Assembly: GCA_013239625.1 (NCBI GenBank)
Contig: MU053482.1
Span: 1,525,168 to 1,589,167 of the forward strand
Length of the DNA: 64,000 nucleotides
Source of the DNA: Lama guanicoe
Lineage: Eukaryota
Reading direction: 5' to 3'
Part shown: positions 39,860 to 52,297 of the stretch, in pieces
Layout of the letters: each line of letters begins with the position of its first letter
How positions within the stretch are numbered: the first letter of the stretch is position 1
The notes under the pieces: model-generated
What the model was told of the DNA's origin: nothing
Database searches by the model: none
What the model saw: only the letters and a program-made list of their open reading frames with translations
Position numbers and translations under genes: made by a program

Positions 39860-40690
39860 ATGACAGGAGAAATTCAGTGCACTAGACTCATGCACCCCTT
39901 TCACGAGCTCCCAGAAAATCAAGAACATCAAATGTCCTTCTTTGTGTTTTTCTTAGCATTGAATGCCACTATCCTTTCCTGGATATGGGAGGCAATCCTG
40001 ATACTCCAATTAGGCTGGAATTTCTCTTGTCCCTTGCACATTTTAGTTTGCATGGTGGGCTTCCATTCCCTCAGGGTACTGCACAGTCTCATCCTGCAGA
40101 GAACGGCCATGACCGTGGCGCGTTCCTTTATACAGATTCGTTTCTTATATGCTCCACTCACCAGGGATTATTGTCTCCTGGCCAGACTATCCTATGACCA
40201 ATCCATGTCTGTCAGTCACCTTGTGAGCTACATAATCATGGTGTCTAAAGAAGTCTGGAGTAGCCTGCTGGCCTGGGCTCACCTGATTTCAAGGACACAT
40301 ACAATGATAGACTCTCTGCTGCTCTTTGCTGACTGGACCATCATCAGTTCCTTGTCTTACACAGCCCTGGACTCGAGCTCTTGGCTGTTAAGGATTTTGC
40401 TCAAAAGAGAACAGTTTTTTAAATTATGTTTCTGTAAAGATCACCAGTATTATTAGGACTGTCTTCATCTCCCAGATATCCAAGCTGGTTTTAGTCCCAA
40501 GGATTCTCCCCTCTGAAGCTTTTTTTTTTTTAAGCTCTATCTTCCACCTCTCATTCTTGGGTCTATTCAACTTTCCTCTCTAAGGTTCTAAAACAGACGG
40601 TCTCGAGTCTTGTCCCAACTTGGACCAGGTAACCAGAGCCATAAGTGTGTTGCATCCTCTGCCACATACCTCAAGGCAATCCGAGGGAAG
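39860..40690 (+). pseudogene. Highly diverged OR pseudogene; first 199 codons open (39860-40456)
   Basis: LPENQEHQMSFFVFFLAL (TM1-like), FIQIRFLY, CLLARLSYDQSMSVSHLVSY ([19 protein letters not shown]), VLHPLPHTSR near 40648 ([14 protein letters not shown]); acceptor tttttcccccAG at 39832. Confidence 0.75.
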
Positions 40691-40774
40691 GAATTTCCCA
40701 GAAACAGCACCAAAGAAAGAGACCACTAAGTGTGCATCAAAGGAAGGCAGGCCTTGTTATTAACAATTAAGCCC

Positions 40775-40966
40775 GGGGGGAGGTGGTAGCCCAGTGGTAG
40801 AGCGCATGCTTAGTGAGCACAAGGTCCTGGGTTCAATCCCCAGTGCCTCCATTAAAAAATAAAATAAATCTAATTACCCCCCCTCCAAAAAAACAAACCT
40901 GAATCAAACAAAAAAAGTAATAAAGTAAAAAAAAAAAGATTAAAAAACAAACAAACAAACAAAATA
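40775..40966 (+). mobile_element. tRNA-derived SINE (Vic-1-like)
   Basis: A and B boxes, ctaattacccccc body, A-rich tail, TSD aacaat(t/a)aagcc. Confidence 0.9.
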
Positions 40967-42704
40967 AACAATAAAGCCTAACTGCAGTCCAACATGGTAT
41001 CACCTGGCCTTGGAAATGGGGGTAACGTATTCGAATTATAAAAATAATTATCAAATGCAGAAAACCAAAATGTTCCAAATATAAGAAGAGAAATAGTCAA
41101 TATTAGAAAATATGCTTAGTGGTTGTCTACCTATTGTTTTCTTAAATAAAAATATATTTCATGCCATTCCTTTTTTTCTATGTTATGTTCTGTGGGGTCT
41201 CTGGGTGGTAAATACAGAAGGCATTCATTTCTCAAATATACAACACACCTTGCTTATTTAAGTTTACATAGTAAATGCTAAAAATTCTGTTACACATATC
41301 TATGGGCTTTTCTATCTGAAAGAAAATACATACCAAGTTAATTACAATTTCCAAGTACTGCTTGAATCATTTTCTTGGACAATATTTTTCTGTTATAGCA
41401 CATTATTGAACAAATCCTGTGAGTCAGTATGTTGATGTCATTCGTATCAGTTTCAGACAAATACAGTGCAATCAGGCATTTGAATTGTGATATCCCCAGT
41501 ATAATCACAACCCAGTGCATGTCTTTTCTCAGCTCATAAAGAGAAGAAACCTTCCTCAATCCAGACAGCTAAGCTGTTTTATGGGAAGTCACAGCACATG
41601 CACAGTCACAAATGCAAAGATAGTAAATACAGGAGTGAAAAAGCCTTCCTTTACTTTGAAGGTTGAATTGTTTCATTCAAATGATGACACCAACATTTCT
41701 TCCAGGCCTGTTTAAACTTTGGTAACATTAGGATAGGGTTGTAAGTGGATGCTCTTAGTTGCTTCACTTACTCCACAATGTATTCATATGGGAACATTTC
41801 ATCAAGGGAAATTTAAATGCATAATAAAGCCTCAAACTAAATGCAACCAGCACATCAGCTACTCCAGGACAAACATGGTAATTCAGAGCCCCCAGCAACT
41901 AAGAGTTCAGTGAAAGACGCACTAAATCCATATGGGTTCCTGGCTGTGGTGAAACAAAGTATCAGTGGTCTTGAGTTATGACTCTGATGCTGTTTCCAGT
42001 CACCATCTCAAGAATTAACTTACAAAGACTCTTTCACACCTAGAGAAGGTTCTTTCTCAAAGGGTATCCCAGGCTGAATGCAGAAAACGATGTACCCTTT
42101 CCTTTAATACAAGCCCTTCCTAAAAACTGGAATTAAATCTCATGACCCAGTGGATTTTTAAAAACACCTTCTTCTTTAGAATTTCACTGGTGACTATCTG
42201 ACACTCCTGGACTTAGAGCTTCTCTTTCCCAGTTTTGCCGAGCAGAGCAGCATAGTAAATTCTGGCTCAAAAGGGCCATGGTCAGTTTTCCTCAGCTCTG
42301 TGTGACCGCAGCATCAATTTCTCTCCTTCTCTTTCCCCTGCTAGGAATTCTCCCAGGGAAGATGCACAAAGTCACCTGCTTTCTGCAAAAACAGACTTTA
42401 AGAGGCCTGACTGTTCATCCCCTTAGATATTCAATTCCTATCACTGACTCATTAGGGAGTGTGAATTCCATACAAAAACCAATTCTTGGTAAAAACTACA
42501 TTGATTATCATTTGAACTTGGGCTAGACGTGAAATGTGGCACAGATGGCAGTAGGTGAGCTGCCTCTCTGCCTCTGTCCTTTACTCCAGGCCTTAGTCAC
42601 TACTCAAGATAGGTGTACATTCCAAAGGATGCTGAAAATAGAAGTCCCATGTTTTATCGTTTAGGTAACTAGGTTGTGATCGAATGCTGCATTTGAGGCC
42701 TATG

Positions 42705-43280
42705 GGACCCTCAGAACCGTTCTTTGCTGACCTGGTTTTGAATAAAACTTTACTCCTTAATTTGATTCAACTCATGGACTTCTTTGATTAATGAAAGCTT
42801 ATAGATTTACCTGCTGCAAGGGCAAAAGTGACTAAGAGAGGCCACTAGAACCAGGCCCTGGGTCTCATGTGAACATTTCTCCTCCAGCTGCCTCCTCTTT
42901 GGTGTGAATCAATGGAAATGCTGAGAGACAGAAAATACACTTTCTAATTGGAGAACACTCTCACCTTAGCTCTGCTGTGTGTTGAATGCTGAGATTGGGG
43001 GCAGTGTTCTTTGCAGCAATAGTTTAAGGGCTGTGCAACATCACTGCAATTAATGACCTAGAGGATCCAGTCCTAATCTCTTTTTCCCTGGCAGCCAAGA
43101 GCAAAGACCAGATACATTAAAAAACTGACCTGGCCCCATCAAGTGGAGCTGACTGCCCCAATTTCAAGCCAGAGCAGAATGGGGGAGGGAGAGAGAAAAG
43201 GAAAGAGGTGTACAGGACCCTTAGAACCTTTCGTTGCTGACCTGGTTTTGAATAAAATTTTACTCCTTAATTTGATTCAA
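42705..43280 (+). repeat. 66-bp direct repeat (42705-42770, 43215-43280) flanking 444 bp
   Basis: 62/66 identical by direct comparison. Confidence 0.95.
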
Positions 43281-43429
43281 TAGGAAATATATAACAGCAG
43301 GAAAAATGAAAACTGCTTTTCTCTTCATGGTCTGTTGTGATAAATATGACAGCCAAGGCCATCTTTTCTTTGCAAGCAAAACTTTCCATATGTGCATCCT
43401 AGTCACACAATCTGTACATAACCTTACTT

Positions 43430-43903
43430 AGTTCCCTGTGAAACATTCCCTGGGCCCCCACCCCAGCCCCAACTTCAAGGCCACCTGCTGAAGATGCTCT
43501 TCCAAGGGCAGGAAGCCCATCTCCAAGCATCACACCAAAGGTTCTGGACTTGAGAGTCATCCTGAGAACATGCACCAAAGCATCCCAACCTGAGTCATCC
43601 TTAGTTACCAGGATGACTCAGGGATTCTAATTCCCAAAGGTGCTTTAAATCAAATGTGAAATATCTCACAGAAACTCTGTATAAACTGTTCCCTTGGCAC
43701 CAGGGAGTGCTAGAATAACAAGAGATAACAGGCTCGTCACAGTTTAACTTTATAAATACTCACAGTTTGTCGGTGTGGAACACGGAGACCAAGCTTTCCA
43801 GTCAGACATGAAGAAGCTTGTTTGTCCGAATGGAAATACTCTAACTGAACGCTTCCGAGGCACTGGGAATCCTGACTGATCGACCGATAGGTGCTTGGTA
43901 AGT
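43430..43903 (+). promoter_or_regulatory. Candidate promoter and exon 1 of OR5E1-like
   Basis: O/E-like sites at 43447, 43615, 43632 and 43690, with TAAT between the middle two; donor TTG|GTAAGT at 43897/43898. Confidence 0.4.
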
Positions 43904-44877
43904 AGTCTTCACTCCCCAGGCTGTTGTAATACAAACTATAAGGTAGCCAAGAGAAGGGTTTCAGTTCTGGGACTGAAAAGGACAGGGCTTTAGGACAGCG
44001 GTGCTTTGCAACGATCAGAGAAGCAAATTGGGAAGGACTGGTTGACCCTGGCCTGGAATAGCTGAGATTTTTTTTGTCTGTGTGTCATTTTATGAGGAAA
44101 CCCTAGCAGGGACCTGTTAAACTAGTGAAGCCTCTTAAATTGCATGCAAAGTTTCATATGAGTGAAACTTCTCTAGGAGCAGAAACTTAGCTTTCATCAG
44201 ATTCTCAAAGAAGTTCATGTGCCCCTCCCTTCCCAGGGGTTGAGAATATTTTTCAATTGTTTGAATTGTTCAAACAAAGAAAGGAAAAACACAACAATGA
44301 ATTATCAAACATTCACTATGTTAGTTAAACGCAACAGTAAATGTTAAAAATATCTGAACAAACTAAGAAGCATTACTGAACTCATCCTAATATGCCTAAA
44401 ATTTTCTCATAGGAGTCTAAATTTTTTTAAAATAGGAAAAACAAAATTATAAAATGGATGAATACTGAGGAATCATAAGTGGGAAGGTGGTATAGTTAAG
44501 GCTCGGGGATCAGCCCACTTAGTTTCAAATCCTGGCTCAACTACTTTGTAAATTTGGGAAAAACTACTGAATATTTCTGTGTCTCTATTTCCTCATTAAG
44601 AAACTGGAAGAAAAGATCATTATGTACTAAATAAGATAATGTAAAATAAAATCTCTTAGCGTGTTAGAAGTATTCAGCTCATCACTGGTTATAATCATTA
44701 TGTTTGAGAGTAAATCACAGTACTCTGTTTTTTTTAAGTGACCATAGATTTTCTTTTCGGTAGAAAATTACAGGTCAAATATTTATTAATAGAGATTGCT
44801 TTTCTGGAATTTATTGTCAAATCCAGTTCTAAGAACGAATAGACTAAACATTGAAGTTATTAATAAGCCTCATTCTT

Positions 44878-45037
44878 TAAAAAAAACTTTTTAAAAATTT
44901 TTATTGAAGTATAGTCAGTTTACAATGTGGCGACAATTTCTGGTGTATAGCATTATGTTTCAGTCATATATATATATGTTCCTTTTCATATTCTTCTTCA
45001 TTGTAAGTTACTACAAGATATTGAATATAGTTCCCCA
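44878..45037 (-). mobile_element. Short L1 3' end
   Basis: Reverse 3'UTR; TSD taataagcct(c/a)a(t/a)tctt. Confidence 0.85.
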
Positions 45038-45719
45038 TAATAAGCCTAAATCTTAATTGTCCTTGAAGAAAATCAGAGTATATACTGGGTTAAAAACTAT
45101 TAAGAAAGAGCATTCAATTAGAAGTCTTTTAGGATGCAGAAAAGCATCTCCATAGGGTAAATAATGAATAGATATTGAACTAACAGAAAAGAAATTGTTA
45201 AAAATCTAGAAATTAGAAGTAACAGTGTCTTAGAAACTTCAGGGACAAACATGCAATCATATCAATAACAGCCAACACAACAAAATCATCTGTCACACAA
45301 GAGCTGTTGAATAAAGCTAGAGTCTGCCCACTGGTTTTCTGGGGATTTTCCAGAGTTACTAAACCCTCCCAAGCCTCAGTTTGAATTGAGAACTGTTACA
45401 GTACTTCGAAGGGGCAGGAAGACTTCACCAATTCTAGAAACCAATTCAAAAAGAATGTTTTCCTGCCTTTAGATGGCACAGATCCAGAACAACACACACT
45501 TTACTGAGTAAGATTGTTTATATGCAATGCTTGAAGATTGCAGGATTTTTGTTTTTTGTTTGCTTGTTTTGTTTTGTTTTGCTTGAAGTTATTACTGAGA
45601 GAGAGAAGACCACAACAAAACAGGTCACCTCAACCATAAGCCAGGAGTGTCAGAAATGACCGTATTTAAAAGTTTCCTTATTTTCTGACATGAATTCACC
45701 TGAATATCTTAGGGCACCT

Positions 45720-46700
45720 AAGACTGCTACTCCTCTCCCCAGCCCTTAAAGGTACACTTTTCCCAGAGGTCTGTCTTTGAACCTTTCCTGATACTTCTCT
45801 CTCCCTGAATGATCTCGCGGGTTCCCACAGCTTTTACCATCCTCTGTCTACTAATGACTCCCAAATCGGTATCACTAGCTCTGACTTTGCAATAGACACC
45901 ACTGTCCCCTCTAACTGAATTCAACACCCTTCCGTGCAGCTCCACTCCAAGCTCAGACATTCTGTTTCTACTAAAAGCACTACCCCTCTGTAACACTGTT
46001 ACATAACTACAAGGGAAATTTTGCTTGTTTTTTTTCCCCTCAATTATATTTCAAGTTTTGAATTGTATAATATTAATTTTGATGTATGTGTATGTGTACT
46101 TAAATTGTATCAGATCTCCTCAGTTAAGAAACAAGGTAAAATTAAACTTTTAATTCTTAGGTTATCATTACCTCGGTCTCTCGAACTTGAAAACTGAGAG
46201 TCTCAGTCAATTGACAAGTGGATGCAGACTTTGCCTTTAGAGTATCTCTCATTCTTATCTCGTTTCTTCATTCCTACCATCATTTCCTTGGTTCACATCC
46301 ATATCATCCCTTACCTGGAAATCATCCTAGCCAGTGTCCTGCTGGTGGCATTCTCCCTTCAGTGCATTATACACACACCTCCAGATTAACTCTCTGACAG
46401 CTGAGTGCTGGTCAAGTCACCCTATCGCTCAAATGTTTAATGGGTCCATGCTCACTACTGAAATAGCTGTTAAAATCTCCTTGGCATGCGAAGCTCTTCA
46501 CAATATGGCACTACCTACCCCCATCCAGTTTGTTTCTCACTAATCTCTTTCATATATGTTTGCTCTTACCTGAAAGGATGCTCACAGTCCCACAAACATG
46601 CTCTGAGCTCAACTCCTTGCTCAACTGTTCCCTCCTAAAATGCTCATCTCTGACCCAATTTTCACTTTCTCAGGTCCTTTTCATCTTCCAGTGACCAACT
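45720..46700. mobile_element. L2 fragments
   Basis: Pyrimidine-rich L2-like text (ctaatgactcccaaatc, ccttacctgga, tccttggcatg). Confidence 0.6.
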
Positions 46701-47499
46701 CAGTTCATTTAAAAGGCTGCTTACTCCCTACAGGGTACAGGTTAAACTCCTTATACCGGATAAGGCCCTCAATTATCTAGCTCAGACATGGACTTCTAGC
46801 CATGCTTTTCATCACTTTCTTACCGGCCTTAGATCCAAACAAAAGGGATCGTTCCTGACCCCATTCTCTAGGGCAACTCTGGATCTCTTCTCACTGCACC
46901 ACACCTTATGGGTCAAGACCAAAGGGATGTGCCTACCCAGAGTCCATCCTATATACTGCTCCTAGACCATCTTCCAAGAAACAAGACCTCAAAATTCCTT
47001 GCCCAAACAGCCCCCAACTCATTCCCAGAGTCTACAAGAGTCTCCTTCCCAGATCACCCTTGTGAGGGTGAACCACACTACTGGTGTTCATGACCTGGGC
47101 CTTAAGGGGAGCCCAGAGATGGCTGCTCGCAGGGCTGTGAACAGAGCGTGTCCATGCAGGCTGGCATGTCCACGCATGTGCAGCCACGCGTGCAGATTGG
47201 CGGCAGATTTTCCTTGTGCCCCCTCATTCCTGCTTGGAGTTACTACCATCCAAAGAATTCTGCCTTCCAGGTTATTAGAAAGGTGTATTTGTTAAGGAGG
47301 GAGGATAAAGCATATTTTATTAATTTGTTATCTTTATTTTCTGACTTTTACATATTTAGACATTTGATATGTGGGCGTCCCTTTGTTATTCTCACCCTGG
47401 TCCCTGCCAATCTCAAAGGCAGGACTACCCCGAGGGAGCCTGTTTTCTAACCACACCAAATATCTGCAGGTCTTTCATGCCTTGTTTTTCTCAAACATC

Positions 47500-49010
47500 A
47501 GTTGCATTACACTATTAGAAGAACTCAACAGAATTGACTAAAAAAATAACTTTTAAATAATGAGAAACTATAGTAAGAAAGAAGTTATAAAATTAATTTA
47601 CAAAAATCAGTAGCTTTCCTATATGTAAACAATACTTAAATAAACAACCAAATTAAAAAAAAAAGATTTCATTTACATCAGTTACAAAAAGATAAAATAC
47701 CTATGAGTAGACCTTAAAGAAATATGCAGGACTTTCATCTGTAAAGTTTAAAGAAAACTTAAAAACTCTTTTTAGGGAAGACTCTAGCAAGTGAAATATA
47801 TACCTTAGTTATAGAAAAGAAGATTTGATTGTAAAGCTGTCAATTCTCTCCAAATTGACATATTGATTCAATGCAATAGCATTTTAAGTACAAACGGGAT
47901 TTTTTTTTTTTTTGGAACTTGATATAATAATGCCAAAGTTCATCTGGAAAAATACATATGTGAGAACAGCCAGAAAATTTGCTCCCAGATATTAAAATCA
48001 GGTTTTTAACTATTGTATTTAAATGTTTGGTCCTGGTTCTAGAAGAGACTACAAAGAAAAAGACCCAGAAATTAGCGCATACACTTATGAATGTTTTGCA
48101 TTACAAAAAATCTGGAGTTTTAAATCAAAAGAATCAGCTGGAAAATGATTTCACCAACAAATAGCATTAGAACACCCAGCTAGCTATTTGGAGAAATAAA
48201 TAAAAAGAGTTTATTATGGCAGGAGGATATAGCTCAGTGGTAGAGGGCATGCTTAGCATGCATGAGGTCCTAGGTTCAATCCCCAGTACCTCCATTAAAA
48301 TAAAGAGATAAACCTAATTACCTTCCCCCCAAAAACAAAACAAACAAACAAACAAAAACAAACAGAAAGAGTTGATTACCTCATCCCTTATGTCAAAATT
48401 AAACCTCAGAAAGATCAAACTTTGTAATGTAAAAAGGAAATCTAGTAAAGCTCTAGAACAAGAGATTATTTTAAAAGTAATTTTAAATTGAGGAAAGCTA
48501 AGCTAACCACGTTAAAAAGATCCGAATTCCAAAAGAAAGAGACAAATTTGCTTGATATATTTGGCATCAAACCACTTAAAATTTACTGCATAGCACAAAG
48601 AAAACTTACCATACCAACTCTGAAGGACAAGTGACAAACAAGAAAAGAATTTGCAGTACGTATATCAAACAAATGGCTGATTTCCTTACTAAAGAAAGAG
48701 CCCTGTAAATAAAATGCTTAGAAGACCAACAACCTAATAAAAAAGTTAACAAAGGAAGTGAACTGACAAAGCATAGAAAAAAAATACACACGCAAATAAT
48801 TGTTTGAAAAAAGGCTAATCTCCATTCACAATTTTTAGAAAACATACCAATCAGGAGACATGAGTTACCAATATCCACCATCACAGTGGCAAAGATTTAA
48901 AATTTCATAACACTGGGTTTGTGGGAAAACCAATATTGCTGTACAACATTGTTGGGAGTGTAACTTGGTGCCACTTTCTTGGAGGTCAATTTGTCAATCT
49001 CCATCAAAAG
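47500..49010 (+). mobile_element. Old L1 ORF2 fragment with nested SINE
   Basis: aaaaatcagtagctttcctatat, gtcaattctctccaaattga, aaagttcatctggaaaaa, ggtgccactttcttggagg. Confidence 0.8.
48218..48365 (+). mobile_element. tRNA-derived SINE (Vic-1-like)
   Basis: A and B boxes, (CAAA)n tail, TSD aaagagtt(t/g)atta. Confidence 0.9.
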
Positions 49011-49211
49011 AGAAAATGAATTAATTCAGACATTTCTGATTCTGTTTTAGAAGAATAAAACCCCATGGCAAATGACAGCTTTTAATCATTGGGATTATGA
49101 AGCCAAATTTTTGTCATCTAGTGCTAGAACAAAGAGGTAAGAAGCTTTTGTTTTTAATTATGCAAACATTTTGAAGCCATGTTTTCTTTTTCCAACAAGA
49201 GAAAGAACAAA

Positions 49212-50147
49212 ATGGCAAGAAGCAACCGTACCACGGTAACTGAATTTGTCCTCATGGGGTTCACAGATCGCCCCGAGCTACAGCTTCCCCTCTTTGTGGT
49301 GTTCCTGGCAATTTATCTCATCACCCTGGTGGGAAACCTTGGCATGATCCTGCTCATCAAGGTGGATTCGCGGCTCCACACCCGCATGTACTATTTCCTC
49401 AGCCACTTAGCTTTCATTGATTTTTGTTACTCCTCTTCAGTTGGGCCCAAGATGCTACAAAATTTATTGGTGAAGAAAAAAACCATCTCCTTTTTGGGCT
49501 GCTTTGCCCAGCTCTACTTCTCCAGTGCTTTTGCCACCGCCGAATGCTTCCTCTTGGCCACAATGGCCTATGACCGCTACATGGCCATCTGCAACCCCTT
49601 GATTTACACAGCCATTATGACTCAGCGGGTCTGCAAGGAGTTGGTGATCGGGGTCTATACCTATGGCTTCCTAAACTCTGTGATACAGACCATTCTGACT
49701 TTCCAGTTGTCTTTCTGTGACTCCAACATCATCGACCATTTCTATTGTGCTGACCCCCCTCTCCTCGCCCTCTCCTGCTCCAACACCCACAACAAAGAAA
49801 AGCAGCTCTTGGTCTTCTCTGCAGTAAATCTCACTAGCTCCCTCCTGACTGTCCTCATCTCCTACATTTGCATCCTCTTTTCAATCATAAAAATCCAGTC
49901 TTCCGAAGGCAAGTGCAAAGCGTTTTCCACCTGTGCCTCCCACCTCACAGTGGTCATCATCTTCTATGGAACGCTCTTTTTCATGTACCTGCAGCAACCT
50001 AAAGCAGAGAATTCCTGGAAGCACAACCAAGTGGTCTCTGTGTTTTACAGTCTTGTAATTCCCATGCTCAACCCTCTGATCTATAGCCTGAGAAACACAG
50101 AAGTAAAGGACACCCTGAGGAAGATGCTAGAGGGCAAGAAGTCATAG
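49212..50147 (+). CDS. OR5E1: Olfactory receptor OR5E1-like, intact, 311 aa from MARSNRTT
   Basis: NRT site, [46 protein letters not shown]; the ATG at 49179 lies upstream of the acceptor at 49199, so 49212 is the preferred start. Confidence 0.92.
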   Translation: MARSNRTTVTEFVLMGFTDRPELQLPLFVVFLAIYLITLVGNLGMILLIKVDSRLHTRMYYFLSHLAFIDFCYSSSVGPKMLQNLLVKKKTISFLGCFAQLYFSSAFATAECFLLATMAYDRYMAICNPLIYTAIMTQRVCKELVIGVYTYGFLNSVIQTILTFQLSFCDSNIIDHFYCADPPLLALSCSNTHNKEKQLLVFSAVNLTSSLLTVLISYICILFSIIKIQSSEGKCKAFSTCASHLTVVIIFYGTLFFMYLQQPKAENSWKHNQVVSVFYSLVIPMLNPLIYSLRNTEVKDTLRKMLEGKKS

Positions 50148-51441
50148 TGGGTTATCAGAAGGAAGCACTGGGAAAGTATCTCATACTGACATGGTCTGTA
50201 TACTCAGTCTCTTGAAATTTAGCAGGCCAGTTGCCATCCAATCAAGAAAAACAGTCAATCCAATCTGGATTCTTTAAAGACCCAAAATACTGGACCGTTT
50301 GTTTGAGATAGTACTATTTAATCTAACCAATTATCCTGGACTAATCAGAATAGATTTACAAACTAGACTGTTAATAACATCCTATGTTGAAAATGAAGTA
50401 GCTTATTAACAATTAGGTAATCAAGTGAGAAATTCAAAAAGATCTTAAAAATAATGGTCAGGGTGAAATTTAACAAAAGCCAACAAATTGTAATTGAAAT
50501 TAACAAAGCTGGGTACAAAACCCACACATGAAAATCAATGTTCTTAGAACATTTTTCTGCTTACAAACAGGCTATATTGTAGCAAATCACTTGTTAATCT
50601 TAAAACATAACATATTGCTAAAGATGTTAACTTTTGAGACCGAATCACAGAAAGCAAATTTAATCTAAATGTAGTTGAAATACTGCATGCTTAAGATGAA
50701 CAGTAGAAAAAGTAGTATTATAGCAATAATGGGGGATAAAAACAGAAAAACTATGAATCAGTTAAATGGGGGCTTTATTTTATGGTTTGTTTAGAAAAGA
50801 AAGTATAATTAGAAGAGATAGAGTTTAGGCTACTTTCAGAGATGTTCAAAGTGGTCATTTATGCAACAGGCAGGATTTAATTTTTCTAGTTTCTGGAACA
50901 TGCAACTGCAGTAATTTTTAGGGGGAATGGTTTGGGAAGGAAGGAGTCACATATAAGTTTAAACAAGGGAAAGAAAATTAAGAAGAAAAATAAAAAGAAA
51001 GAGGGAGAGTTTCCTAGGGTAACCAGGTTGAGTATGAATATTTCTGAGAAATGAAATTGTTGTCTTAATTATTTAAATGATCTAGAGAAATTCTTAGTTT
51101 TGCAACATTTTTCCATGTTTTTTATTTCTATTTTCAGATTTGATAGTCCAACTTTGTGAGAGATAAATCTATATAATGTCTTCCTGTTAATGAAGATAAG
51201 TAAAGAAAAATGTCTTAATTTTTTTTGTAGGCAGGAATATGAGCACGCTATGGTCTTTCCAAGCCTCTATTCTAACGCTTCTTCCCAGATAATTCTTAAG
51301 ACACACAAATCTACGACAAACCATTAGATTTCCTCCCCTAAACTCTTTTCAAATGTGATTATTATTTTGATTTTTAAAAATAGCTAGGAACATATATCAC
51401 CAATCAATTATGTTTAAAGTATGTTTAAAATTAATCAAGGA

Positions 51442-51581
51442 GTGGGGAGGTATAGCTCAAGGGGGAGGGTATAGCTCAGTGATAGAGTGGATACTTAGCA
51501 TGAATGAGGTCCTAGGTTCAGTCCCCAGTACCTCTGTTAAATATATATATTTATAAACCTAATTACCTCCCCCCAAAAAAG
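51442..51581 (+). mobile_element. tRNA-derived SINE (Vic-1-like) with duplicated 5' head
   Basis: ggggaggtatagctcaa followed by gggggagggtatagctcagtg; TSD ttaatcaagga (51431-51441, 51582-51592). Confidence 0.9.
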
Positions 51582-52189
51582 TTAATCAAGGAACTAAGGG
51601 ATCTTTGTTGCACCCAAATTTACTTTTCAGATAATATGATGGGATCTTTGTTTTATGTTGCTTGTGATCTAGTCATTTAGAAAAATAAAAATAGTTAAAT
51701 ATTTGTAATTCTTCTTACTTAGCTCAGATAGGCTTTCTGGAGAGTTGAGTTGCAAGCTGTATTCCTAAACATTTGGAGATAGAGTGTTGGCTGTGGTTAA
51801 AAAGAAAGATACTATCAGGATAAAGGAAAAGAGTCAGGAAGGGTATGAAGCAAGCCTAAGAGGTAGGAGAGCTTGCATAGGTAATGAGCAAGAGAGGAGA
51901 AGGCAAAGCAGACAGGAAAGTGATGAAGAATAATGGGAGGCAGAGGCTCAGACCATGACCTCCTGAAAAGTTACCAAGTCATCTCTTCATTCTGCACGCC
52001 AGCACCCATCACAGTTCCTGGCACAGAACAAACATATCACAACCAATTGCTGAATTGATTTGTTCTCTTCTATATGTACTCCTAATTCCAATGGAAGTGT
52101 AGACATGGTGCCCAGTAATAATGGACCTGTGGTTGGGAAATAACAGAAAGAAGGAAGTTACTAAGGTCATGACAAGAAAATTATTTTTC

Positions 52190-52297
52190 TTTTCTTTTTT
52201 TAAAATTGAGGTAAAATTGGTATATAATATTATATTAGTTTCAGGTGTACAACACAACAATTCAATCTTTGTGTACACTACAAAGTGATTACCACAG
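52190..52297 (-). mobile_element. Short L1 3' end inserted in an NLRP LRR relic exon
   Basis: ttgaggtaaaattggtatataatattatattagtttcaggtgtacaacac. Confidence 0.8.

Noticed and set aside
49137..49211. N-terminal extension [11 protein letters not shown] and a 63-nt GTAAGA...AG intron
   Set aside because: The extension overlaps the polypyrimidine tract of the acceptor, and 63 nt is at or below the usual minimum mammalian intron size.
24581..51581. tRNA-like sequences with A and B boxes (four copies)
   Set aside because: Three have SINE bodies, A-rich tails and TSDs, and the fourth shares the same head; they are SINEs, not tRNA genes.
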